Both the position numbers and the translations under genes were made by a program. Positions 1 through 13,700 of a DNA stretch of 64,000 bases are shown piece after piece. The stretch is from Vitrella brassicaformis CCMP3155 (taxonomy: Eukaryota; Protista; Chromerida). The DNA is taken from NCBI GenBank assembly GCA_001179505.1, contig CDMY01000964.1, forward strand, positions 1 through 64,000. Direction: 5' to 3'. The notes under the pieces are model-generated. The model made no database searches. It was not told where the DNA came from and saw nothing but the letters and a program-made list of their open reading frames with translations. The stretch's first letter is position 1, and the number at the start of each line of letters is the position of its first letter.

Positions 1-1152
1 GCCCTAAGAGGAGAGAGTGGAGAAAACTCTGTGTATGTGTGTGGGGGGGGGAGGGGGGGGGGGCGTATGTGTGTATGTAGGTATGTATGTATGTGTGGAT
101 ATCGTCGAGTTCTCATCACTCATCGGCATCCTCACTGCAAGTCGGCAAGAGAGCGACAAAATGCAAGAGCGACGTGCATGTTGCTGTGGCTGCGACTGTA
201 CTCGTATGTGTGCTGAGTGCGGCGCCTACATGTGGAACGTCATATAAGAGTCATGGGTCTCACCGCCATCCTTGCGGGGGCACTGCAGAGTTTGGATGAC
301 GAACTCCACGTTTGATGGGGGAAGCTCGTTGGCGCCGAACATGCGCGTGACGGTGGACCGCTTATTTACTTCGAGGTACTCGTTGCCACGGCTGTCCCTG
401 TCGGTTAGGAGGCAGAAAGAGGAAGGCAACGCATAGCAGGGAGAGTTATGGAGGGGGCGTGTGTGTGTATGTGTGTTGATTGTGTATGCAGAGTGCTCAC
501 TGAATAACATAGGCCAGGCCGAACAGGCGCTTACAAGTCCTGCATATGACCCAACAGAACTTGACGCTCTCACAGAAGACCGTCGGGGCATCGTCATCAC
601 CTGCATGCACGTATAGGCAAGGAGCAGCAAAGAATACCCATATAGTTCTTGTCTGGATTCGCTGTCGCTGCTTTATACCTGAATGAGGCCATCCATTGGT
701 CCTCGTGACATGTGCAATGCTCCACACATGCCAGAGCCCTCCAGTCGAAACCATCGAACGAGCCGATTTTTCCTTCGCCAGGTCCCTTCCTGCACACACA
801 GAGGCCAACCACATCCTTGTTCATCCTCTGCTATGCCTGGTCTGCCCTCTGTGCCGAATAATGATTTCTCTTACTCAGACCATCGCTGTCAAACGTGTCG
901 ACGGTCGAAATGTTGTCATCGCACACATCACAATGTGCAGCACCATTGGCAATACGCTCGAGAGCATCTGCATCAAAACACGTAGTGTCACAGACAGATG
1001 ACATGCTCGTGTCCGTGCTGGTGTGTTGTTATCTGCGTGTTGTGCAGCTGTGATTACTGTCGAGGGCATAAAAGAACGCATGCCGCATATCTCGGAGTGC
1101 ACCTTCAATGGGATGCAGAGCCTCCTGAGTGCGAATGATGCCGGCGTGCAGA

Positions 1153-1254
1153 TGGACTGCCATCTGCAAGACAGACAGTGGACACTTACTGTTCGGACAG
1201 ACAGTGGACACTTAATGTTTGGTGCTGTGTGTGCAAGGGAAACCAGTGACAGGA
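1153..1254. repeat. Copy 1 of a ~100-bp direct repeat containing two tandem ~26-bp units
   Basis: tggactgccatctgcaagacagacagtggacacttactgttcggacagacagtggacacttaatgtttggtgctgtgtgtgcaagggaaaccagtgacagga; nearly identical to 1812-1914. Confidence 0.9.
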
Positions 1255-1811
1255 ATTCAGAGCAGCAGCGTCGTTTGTGCTGAAATAATTTGCGAGCTAA
1301 GCCGTGGAATTCTCGCCGGGACAGCGAAGTAAAAGTGCTGAGAAACACTCCATCTGCCGTCTGGAGGGTGCGGGCAGCCGCGGACACGCCAGCCAGCCGC
1401 CAGGCAGCGAGAAACACCGCCATCCCCCGCCGCGTATGTGTGGGTGAGCGAGACGATCGTCGATTCGACTACACCTCTCTCCCACAGCACACCTGCTATA
1501 CAGACAGACAAGACAGACAGAGAGAGACAGTCATAGGACAGACAGACAGAGACAGTCACAGGAGGCGCCGTAATCGGTCGGCAGCGGGCAAGTAGGAGCG
1601 CAACGTGCCGTCTGTGTCCGTTTCTCACGTCTAGTGCAGAGGTACGAGCCACCGATGACTGCGCACGTTGTGATGAAGCTCGTGATGACGTACAGGTGGG
1701 GCGTCGCATTGTGGTCGATGGTCAGCATGATGAGGGTGGCGACGTCCAGTGTCCATATGAAGGCAGCAGCACGGCAAGCGCATCAGGCCGCGCAGCAGCC
1801 CACGCAGCAGC

Positions 1812-1914
1812 TGGACCGCCATCTGCAACACAGACAGTGGACACTCAGTGTTCGGACAGACAGTGGACACTTAGTGTTTGGTGCTGTGTGTGCAGGGGCG
1901 AACCAGTGACAGGA
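1812..1914. repeat. Copy 2 of the ~100-bp direct repeat
   Basis: tggaccgccatctgcaacacagacagtggacactcagtgttcggacagacagtggacacttagtgtttggtgctgtgtgtgcaggggcgaaccagtgacagga. Confidence 0.9.
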
Positions 1915-2163
1915 GTAGTACCAGTAACTCCCCTTCCTTGTTGCGAGCTCAGATGCGTCCGATCTGTTCAAAGTTCAAAGCGGCAGGGGGGCAACATGGT
2001 GTACCGCACTAAGATCTACAGCTCTGCACTGAGATCTCGGCTTTTCTACCGCTGAAATGATGATGATTTGATGTGTGACTGACTCATCCATCGAAAGGAA
2101 AGAGGCTGCTCAGGAGCTCTATCCCTATCGTACGAGCTGCTGAGCTCCTGGAGGTAGAAGAAG

Positions 2164-3144
2164 ATGTCAACACCGGCGGTGCTGTCCAGCCACAGGCGAG
2201 CAGTCTTCGCAGCAAGGTTCCTCAGGCCGCCAGGCAAGTTCGCAAGGTGAGCCATAGATAGCATCACCCCCCGTACCACTCCACTCCACTAACAGCTACT
2301 GCAGAGCCCTGACGCTTACCGCCAATCTGTCTGTGTTAATGTCAGGGCTCGTCTGCGCGAGAAGCCCCGCCTCCGCACGGGCCCTTTCGAGAATCCCGTG
2401 CGCCGCTTCGTCCGTCTGCGCGAGAAGGCCCGCGCCTTCTGCGAGATTCCACCGCCCAGACGGGTGCCCATCCCCAAGCCCATCAACCCCCTGCAGAAGC
2501 TCCTCAAGCCCATCGAGGGCGTGCCCACTGTCAGGCCAGAGGTGCTGCAACGGCGGCTGGACCACTTGTTGTCCCAGCGGGCGATCGACCAGCAGCTGAC
2601 GGCGCCGCTGCGGCCGGGGACCGACCCGTATTCGACGGAGATGTACTGCTGGGACAGGCAGGTAAGTTGACAGACGGACAGAGGGGGGGCGAGGAGAGGA
2701 GAGGGGCCTCCATTATTTTAATATATTGTTGGTTGGTGGTATTTCGTTTCATGTCTGCAGATGCGTGATTTGCGCAAGATCTACCGCGCTCAGTACCTCC
2801 AGAAGCTGGCAGGTCAGTGAACGAACGGGTGTGAGAGTGCACATCACATCTGTTTGCATCTCGGGTCGCGTTCGTTCGTGCAGAGGTGACTGAGGAGGAG
2901 AGGGCCAAGCAGCTCAAACTGTTCCAGGCCGAGAGGAAAGGTAGGAGGCCGAAGAATGTGCTGCAGGTGTCATGTCAGCAGACAGCTACCATTTCTGTGC
3001 TGTGCTGTGCTGTGCTGTGTTGCGTTGTGTTCAGAGCGGCGTGCCCGTCGCGAGGCCTTCAGGCAGCAGCTGTTCGAGAAGAGGAAGAAGAAAGCGGTGC
3101 GCAGGATTCACCGGCACACAACCGCGGCTCTATATGCGGTGTCA

Positions 3145-3176
<32 letters not shown>

Positions 3177-4279
3177 GGTGTGTGTGGTGTGCAGATACTG
3201 AAAGATCGCCTGCGCATCGAGGCCAAAGGTGACTGGCCGAACAGCACACCACATCACACCAAAACATCCACCCGCCCGCGCCACAGTGTGTGTGCGTGTC
3301 GTCATCAGTGACTGAGGCTATAGAGCTGACCCGCCAGAGCCGCGTCAAGCAGAAGCACCTCTGGTGGCTCGACTCGCTCCAAAAGACAGCCGACTTTGTG
3401 ACCGACAGTGAGACGGCCGAAGAGAAGATCACCCGACGCAAAGACTGGCCAGACAGAAACGTATCTGCACCAGACATCCTGCGGCAGCTCGGTGAGTGGG
3501 CATCATTCACCCACCGCCCCCCTCCCAAAGACACTTGAGTACTTGAGACATATTTTCTTCTTCCATATCTTCTCGGTCTGTCAGGTGAGAGTGACGAGGT
3601 GGTCAAGTCGCCCAAGAAGGCCATCAGGGCGGACAACGTGTTTCGTGAGCTGCTGGAGGAGTCGTTTGCCATCCTGCCAGAAGACGAGCCGCAGTACGAG
3701 CCGGAGCCGCCGCCGGAGGGGCGACTCACACACAGGCAGCGGGCACACGTCATGTACGGCGGATTCTCAGGTAGTATAGATGATGCGGTGCGGTATGAAC
3801 ACACATACACACATAGGCAGGCAGGGGGGATGAATGGTTGTGGCTGTGTGTGTGTGTGTGCATGGCTTGGACAGAGGCTGAGAAGCTGAAGCTGCTTGAT
3901 GACAAGATCGACCTCCTCAAACACAAACTGGCCGTCGACGCAGACCTCAAAGGCAAAACATTGCACATCACACCACACCACACCACACCACATCACACAC
4001 AGCACGTTGGCACACGCGATACCCATGTGTGTGTGTGTGTGTGTGTGCAGGTGCGTCCCATTCCCTGTTGTATCAGCAGCTGCTGGACCAGCTCGAGGCG
4101 ACCAAGCAGGCCTACCTCGAGAAACAGCACTCACAAGAAGCCAGGGACAGGGCCGCTGCCGCCAGAGGTGTGGTGTGTTTGCAGGCAGGCAGGCAGGACA
4201 CACACCCAGCTCACTGTGATGATATGATTTGTGAACAGGCTCTGTTGATGGGGAAGACACTGGTGATGCCAAGGGCTGA
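2164..4279 (+). CDS. Coiled-coil protein, probable mitochondrial ribosomal protein (mS26-like); about 10 exons
   Basis: ATG 2164, exon 1 MSTPAVLSSHRRAVFAARFLRPPGKFAR (Arg-rich, presequence-like), GT 2247/AG 2345, then ARLREKPRLRTGPFENPVRRFVRLREK, MRDLRKIYRAQYLQKL, HLWWLDSLQKTADFVTDSETAEEKIT (resembles the mS26 W/L-x-x-L-Q..F-I-T..E-E-K-I segment), ending GSVDGEDTGDAKG* at 4279. The gene is well supported; the product call is moderate. Confidence 0.6.
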
Positions 4280-4856
4280 TCTGATGGAGCTGATGGAGCT
4301 GACTCAAGCTCGTGTGTGTGCGTCTTGGCGAGGGATTTGTACAGGCAGACACATCACATGTGCGCGATTCGTTCGTAGGAGACAGACAGACAGACCAGAG
4401 ACCGACAGATGCGTAAACGTTTGTACGTATTCTACATGATCGATCAGAAAAATGTCAGTCAGTTAGTCAGGAAGGATGAGAGTCGTGACTGCTAAACAAA
4501 GTGTTGGCACGCACCGCACGGCCAACATAACTAACATGCATTCGTTGATTGATTGATTCGGTCCATGGAAAGTGAACGTTCTAATTGCGCGCATCATGAT
4601 GAAATGAATGCCCTCCTTCCTGCCTGCCTGCCGCAAATAAGAAAAGACCTGCAACTCAACTGCCGTGCTGGCTGCTGGAGGTATGGATGGATGGAGCCAT
4701 ATATTGTCTCTTTCTCTCTCTGTCTGAACACCTACCTAGGGACCTAATAAACACATAAATACATTACATAGCATCTATCTGGCTGCCTGCCTGGCCCCCG
4801 CGCTTAAACCATGAGTGATCGGACGGATTTCCCCCCCTCCCCACCTCCCCCCCCCT

Positions 4857-5156
4857 NNNNNNNNNNNNNNNNNNNNNNNNNNNNNNNNNNNNNNNNNNNN
4901 NNNNNNNNNNNNNNNNNNNNNNNNNNNNNNNNNNNNNNNNNNNNNNNNNNNNNNNNNNNNNNNNNNNNNNNNNNNNNNNNNNNNNNNNNNNNNNNNNNNN
5001 NNNNNNNNNNNNNNNNNNNNNNNNNNNNNNNNNNNNNNNNNNNNNNNNNNNNNNNNNNNNNNNNNNNNNNNNNNNNNNNNNNNNNNNNNNNNNNNNNNNN
5101 NNNNNNNNNNNNNNNNNNNNNNNNNNNNNNNNNNNNNNNNNNNNNNNNNNNNNNNN
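4857..5156. other. Assembly gap (300 N) flanked by poly-C runs
   Basis: Run of N seen directly. Confidence 1.
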
Positions 5157-6369
5157 CCCCCCCCCTCCCCCTGTAATGTGACCTCCATGCCCCTGTCATC
5201 ATTAGCCGAGTGACTGGCTGGACTAGTGTGACGTGACTGACGTGACCGACGTGAGAGGGTGCAAACGACGATAGATCGAGCGGGTGACGTGACCAGCCGG
5301 CCAGTGCACAAAACGACAAATAATACACTGACAATCAGCCAGCCAGTCAGCGAGTTAGCGAGTGCCTGCCTGCCTGTCTGCACCGTCCCTTCGTTTGCAA
5401 ACAACGTGGCGGGCGTGTCGGGTGTAGAAAAAGATCAACGAATGAATCATCGATTGGTCGGTCGGTCCAGCCATTCGTTCAGAGAGGATTACGCACATAC
5501 AAACATAGTCTGAGGGCAACACGACACGACCTTCCTTCGTCTCGCTCACTCCACTCACACACACAAAGTGCTAAACTGACACTAGCCAAAGTGGCAGGCC
5601 TTTCTGTCCGTCTGTCTGTCTGTGTGCCTCGGTCGGTCGGTGTGTGTGTCTTCTCTCGTGTGGCTATCTATCTATCTATGGCTCCCTTTACAGACACAAA
5701 CACACAGCTGTCAGTCAGGTTAGTAGGTGTTTGTTTCTGTTTGTGTTTGCGCGTGTGGAGGAGCGAGCGGCAGTCGTCGATCCATCCATCCACCCATCCA
5801 TCCATCCACCACACATCTTCAAAGCGTGCAGCAGTCCACACACACGCGACAGCCACTCACGCACCGCACACACGCACCCACACCACGCACCGAATGGGCA
5901 CACACTCACCACCCACTGTTCCATCGATACCCCCTCTCTCCCCCTTGCCGGTTTCCCTACCCCTTCGTCCTTAAGTGAGTGTAGCGGCCCGCGCTCTTCG
6001 CTGTACAGGACCGACCGACCGGCAGACAGACAGACAAGACAAGCAATCGAGAAGAGGCCGGCCAGCCAGTCAGCGACCCAGCCAGCCAGCCACCCGCACA
6101 CAGCCACTCCCGGCCCCCCAACGAGTGCATGATTCGGTCGCTCAGCCTATGGATGGGTGGGTGGGTGGGTGGGTGGACGGGTCATGCCATGAGGTGAACG
6201 AAATGCAGTCAGTCAGTCAGTCAGTCGCTTAGCTGGTGCACACGACCACTCACTGCAGGCGGGCAGAACGGAACAAAAGCAACCAGCGAGCAAGATGAAG
6301 ATGAAGAGATAGAAGAAGATGTGTATATATACGTGAAGCTGTGTTGTGTTGTGTGTCTGAGTGGGTTTA

Positions 6370-9200
<2,831 letters not shown>

Positions 9201-9777
9201 GTTGCTGACTGACGAACAATCAGCCGAGGGGTGACGGGGCGAGGGGGAGAGAAGGGGTCACAGGGGCAATGCAGAAGACCGCAGAAGGGACAGGGGCAGC
9301 ACCACCAACCAACACCAAACACGCGGACGAGGCAGCAAAACTGACAGCGAAGCGGTGAAATATGCTCCTGATTGCTTCAGTCTGACAGACCACGGAACCA
9401 CTGTGAGTCACTTGAGCGTGAGAAATGCCTCAACACTCATCGCCCCAGCGCCACAAGGCTTGCGAGCTCCAGTTTGAGCTCGCCTGGTAAAGTTTTCTAG
9501 TTTTTCCTTTCTTTGTCGGAGGACTCGGCGCAGCTTCGTTTCAGCATCCTTGAGCCCTTCGGAACTGCTGGTGACGCTCTATACTCGTCGGCGTTCCCTC
9601 ATCATTGCACGATTGCACTTACCGTCCCCCTCTAGCTGCCATCGGCGCTTTCCGGGCCCTACGAGCTCCATTCCCCAGGGCCCATCCATCCATCCCTCGC
9701 CGAGTTTCAGCCACTCATGGGCTGACTCATCCATCCATCCATCGCCTTAATTAATTACCTTCTTATCTTATCTCTCT

Positions 9778-10771
9778 ATGGTGCTCGTGGCGCTGTACAG
9801 CAGCCTGCTTGTGTTATCGCCCTCATCGCTTTACTCGTGGACCACCTCCCATGTGTGGCGGCTCATGCACAAGGGCGTGACTTGGCCGGTGTTCGGGAAG
9901 GCGGGATGGGTGCTGGCTCTCAACGCCGCGGCAATCCTGAGTGGCGTGTCGATGCAGCTTTCGCCCATCCCGACGCTCATGCAGGTGCACGCCAGCTCAT
10001 CCACTGGGGCGCTCGACGGCCTGCCGTTCGTCATGCTCGCACTCTCAAGCGGACTCTGGTTCATGTCCGTCCCTCGCCACTCACTCACTCATTCACACAC
10101 AAGCACACAGAAATGAATCAGTCATTCATTCATGCCATGGCATGCACTACTTGCTGTGTATGTCCCTCAGCTACGGGCACATGTCAGGTGATTTGGCCCT
10201 CGTGTGGACCAACATCGTGGGCGTCTCCCTGGGCTTCGCCTACGTGGCGCTGTTCCACTTCTACTGCCACAACTCGGCCAGCCTGATGCGGCTGAAGGTC
10301 TACCTCCAGGCCATTGCCGTCTCCCTCCTCGCCCTCTTCGCACTCACACTCGCCTGTCCACGTCAACGGGCCGTGCAGGTGGTCGGCGCGGTGTGCTCTG
10401 TGCTGCAGAGTCTCACGTATGCCGCGCCGCTGAGCACGGTGTGGGAGGTGATTGCCAGCCGGAGCACACGGGCGCTGCCGGCACCTCTGTGCTGTATGGG
10501 CTTCGCTTCCGCATCCGTGTGGCTCATTTATGGGCTGGCCGTATCCGATGAGGTAGGTGACGAGAATGGCAATCACAGGAGGGAGAGGAGAACAGAGGCA
10601 TTGTGGACTGCTCGTCTGTGTGAGTGGATTGGTTCTGTTGTGGTGTGTTGTGCTGTGTTGTGTTGTGTGCAGGTGTTGATAGTTCCTAATCTGCTTGGGG
10701 TGGTGTGCGGGGCGATGCAGCTGTGTTTGCTGGCTCTCTACCGAGAAGAGCAATACTACGCCCTCAAGTGA
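9778..10771 (+). CDS. SWEET (MtN3/saliva) sugar transporter, 3 exons
   Basis: Two MtN3 repeats: LSPIPT..LDGLPF..LWFIYG..WTNIVG and YAAPLS..STRALP..VWLIYG..VPNLLG; conserved Asn pair retained; the start may lie further upstream. Confidence 0.92.
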
Positions 10772-10799
10772 CCGATCCACGAGCCAGCCAGCCAGCCAG

Positions 10800-13700
10800 C
10801 CGTCTCTAATCTCACATGTGATCGCAACGAACAGACTTGTGTATACATGCTTACACATTGTTTGCTGTGAATACCTCCCTACCTGCTGATACAGGCGTTA
10901 CTGAATTTCACACCACCGAGTGTCCGTCAGTCACTCACTCACTGAGACCACGCATGGCGCATGGACGCATCCACGTCCGTGTCTGCCTCTCGCCACTCAC
11001 ACGCACCGCATCGCACCAACGAATGGATTGCACTAACCAACCAACCTGTCAAGCCATCCACCATCCAACCATCCAGCTATCGGTTCGTCCGCGGCCGGCC
11101 GTCTCCGCTATCTCACACCACACGACGGATCGTCTCTTCCACGTACGCCACGCACGCCGGCACCGACGAACGACGCGCTCAATTGCAGGCAGTCAGCTTG
11201 CAGCTACCGATCGAGGAGGGATATCGTACACGCAGTATTAGTGAGTGGGCTCGGTCACTTAGGCAGGGAGGCAGGCAGAAAGGCAGAAAGGCAGGCAGGC
11301 AGCAGGGCCGTCGCTGCCCGAGGCAGGCCTACAATTGCACCGGGCAGCAACGCACGGACGCACCCGCAAGTGTGCACGTGTGAACCACAGACAGACAGGC
11401 AGGCAGGCAGGGAGGGAGACAGGTAGGCGGCAAAGGTCAGACAGACACACCCCGGCCCCTCTCATTGAAACGGCAAGACAGACAGGCAGACAGGCAGATT
11501 GGGAAAATCGTCTGTGAGGCGCGAGTTCACGCCACATCACGCCCACATTGATGGCCAGGTCAGGTCAGGTAAGGCAGATAAGACAGCTGACACGACAGAC
11601 ACCAACCGAGGAAGGAAGGAACACACATACACCCACCCATCCACCCACCGCACACACGTCACCACTTCGTTGTCCTAGCTCATTCGTCTGTCTGTTGCAT
11701 CATCTCGCTCGCCCTCCGCCATTTCCCCAGCCACTTAGCGCTCACTCAACTCATCCATCACACGTACACACACACACGCATCGCACGCAGTTACATGACC
11801 TCTCTACAATCTTCTGTAGGTACGCACAGGCAGCAAGGCAGGCAAGGCAGGCAAGGCAGGCAAGGCACTATGCACCATACACACATCCGTCCGTCCGTCC
11901 ATCCATTGATTGCATCAAGCATCAAGCACTCACCACACACAGACACAGACACGGAGACATGGGCTCTACACAGGCAGCAGCAGCATAGCCAGGAGGTAAG
12001 ACAGTAGTCAAACAGCACGGAAGTCATGTTAGTTATCGCGAGTTGAGCGACCATCATTGAGTCAACAAGATGCACCCAACCCACCCATCCCTCCCATACC
12101 CATACCCATCACCCATCCGTCAATCCTCACGGACGGCATCACATCATCGGCAGCACAACCCACCCACCGACCCACCCACTGGCCTATGGGGGGTGCTCAG
12201 CCGTCTCTCTTGTCTGTCTGTCCATCTTTGTGGCACCGTCCTATTGCCGACGGAATACCCTTGTTCTGCCCCGGCCCGGCCCGGCCCCGCCCTCCGCGCC
12301 TCCTGCCAGCCAGCCGGCCGGCCAGCCAGCCGGGCACAATCGCACAAATACCAATGTCAGTCATAGCGACAGATCGAGTGCATGACCCATAATCGAGAGG
12401 AGAGGCAGGTGGGTAGGCAGGCAGGCAGGCATGACACAGGCAGGGCAGGGGAGGGCAAACGAGGCGGCGTGGGTGGGGTGGGTGGGTGGGGTTGCGCCTG
12501 GATTGTTTGAACCCAAGGCATGGCGGATGACGACAGACAGACAGACAGACAGACAGCACGTAGGCACACAGACAGTGAGCTAGTACGTGGGTGGGTGGGT
12601 GAGTGGGGCGTCCCATGGCCACAATGCTGCAGCAGCCGAATCTTCTCTCTCCCTCTCTCCCTCTCCCCCGCTCGCCCCATCCCCATCCCGAACAACTCTC
12701 TACCTCTCTCCTCTCCATAGCCACGAATGTCATGAGGCAGGTAGGTAGGTAGATCTGTCTGTATGTATGTATGTGTCTTACATGTACCACAAGCACTCGT
12801 CCGTCATACACACACAGATAGATGGATAGAAACATCATCATCATACATAGCACAGACAAACCAACCAACCGCTAGCAAGCTAGCAGGGCGGGGTAGGTGG
12901 GCAGGTAGGTGGCTGGGTGGGGTGGGGCGGTGCGGCGCCATCGACTCTGGACGACACCAATATGAGTGCATATCATGAGCACACACAAGACACACGCCAT
13001 TTCATTCCGTTCCATGACATGACATGACATGACAAATGGGTGATTGATGTGATGGCATGGAATGGGATGCAGTGAGTGAGTGTGTGGATTGGATCGGTGC
13101 GGTGGAGTGGAGACATTAGATAGATACAACGTGGCCGGCCACGCACGGCACGCAGACAGACACGCACAGATCCAATATATTCTGTACACGACGTATGTAC
13201 GCAGCCAAGTGACCATTCCTCCCTCCCAGGCCATCCCTCCCCGCCCGACCAACCACACACACACACTCACACACGCAACAGGGGCCCCACCAAGAGGCCA
13301 TCATCAACACGCGAACATAACACGCACACACACGCAAAGTGACCACGCCATCAGCGCGCGCACACCAACACCACTCTCTGTGTGTGGAAAGAATTGCCGA
13401 TCGACAAGCGGAGGGAAGGAAGGCAGGCCGATCGTGGTGCTTAAAAATGGCTACACAGCAAAGGCAACCAACCGAGGGAGGGAGAAAAAGATGAAAGACA
13501 GAATGCGGCCAGACTCCCACGACGCACACACACACACGCACGCAGGCAAGGCAAGGCAAGGCAAGGCAAGACGGCAACACTCCCCCTCCCTCCCAATTGC
13601 CCATTCTTCCAGTAAACCAAAAATGCCCCACCCACGACACGAGGAAGGGATGTACCATGGCTGATAAGAAATGAATCCGTCGCGTGTGCGTGTCCGTGTG

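Larger units (their letters stand above)
226..2255 (-). pseudogene. Degenerate, lineage-specific multi-exon gene, probably a pseudogene
   Basis: Protein-like minus-strand segments with intron-like TGTC tracts between them: MAHLANLPGGLRNLAAKTARLWLD.. (2255 down), MAVQLLRGLLRGLMRLPCCC / FIWTLDVATLIMLT.. (needs a 1-nt shift near 1763), DADALERIANG.., GKIGSFDGFDW.., ..FVIQTLQCPRKDGGETHDSYMTFHM* (226). No clean donor after exon 1. From memory it resembles a Vitrella-expanded family of unknown function (unverified). Confidence 0.35.

Noticed and set aside
1760-1822. In-frame TGA within a Cys-rich reading WRSSCCVGCCAA*CACR (possible selenocysteine)
   Set aside because: The duplicated copy supports the other frame (MAVxLxxG), no SECIS-like hairpin was recognised, and a frameshifted pseudogene explains it more simply
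4840-5170. Both 300-N gaps are flanked by poly-C/G runs (possible G-quadruplex loci)
   Set aside because: Best explained as sequencing dropout at homopolymers with a fixed placeholder length
5230-5292. Four GACGTGA motifs, three with 9-bp spacing (CRE/ACGT-box-like)
   Set aside because: Lies between two convergent 3' ends next to an assembly gap; indistinguishable from simple-repeat drift
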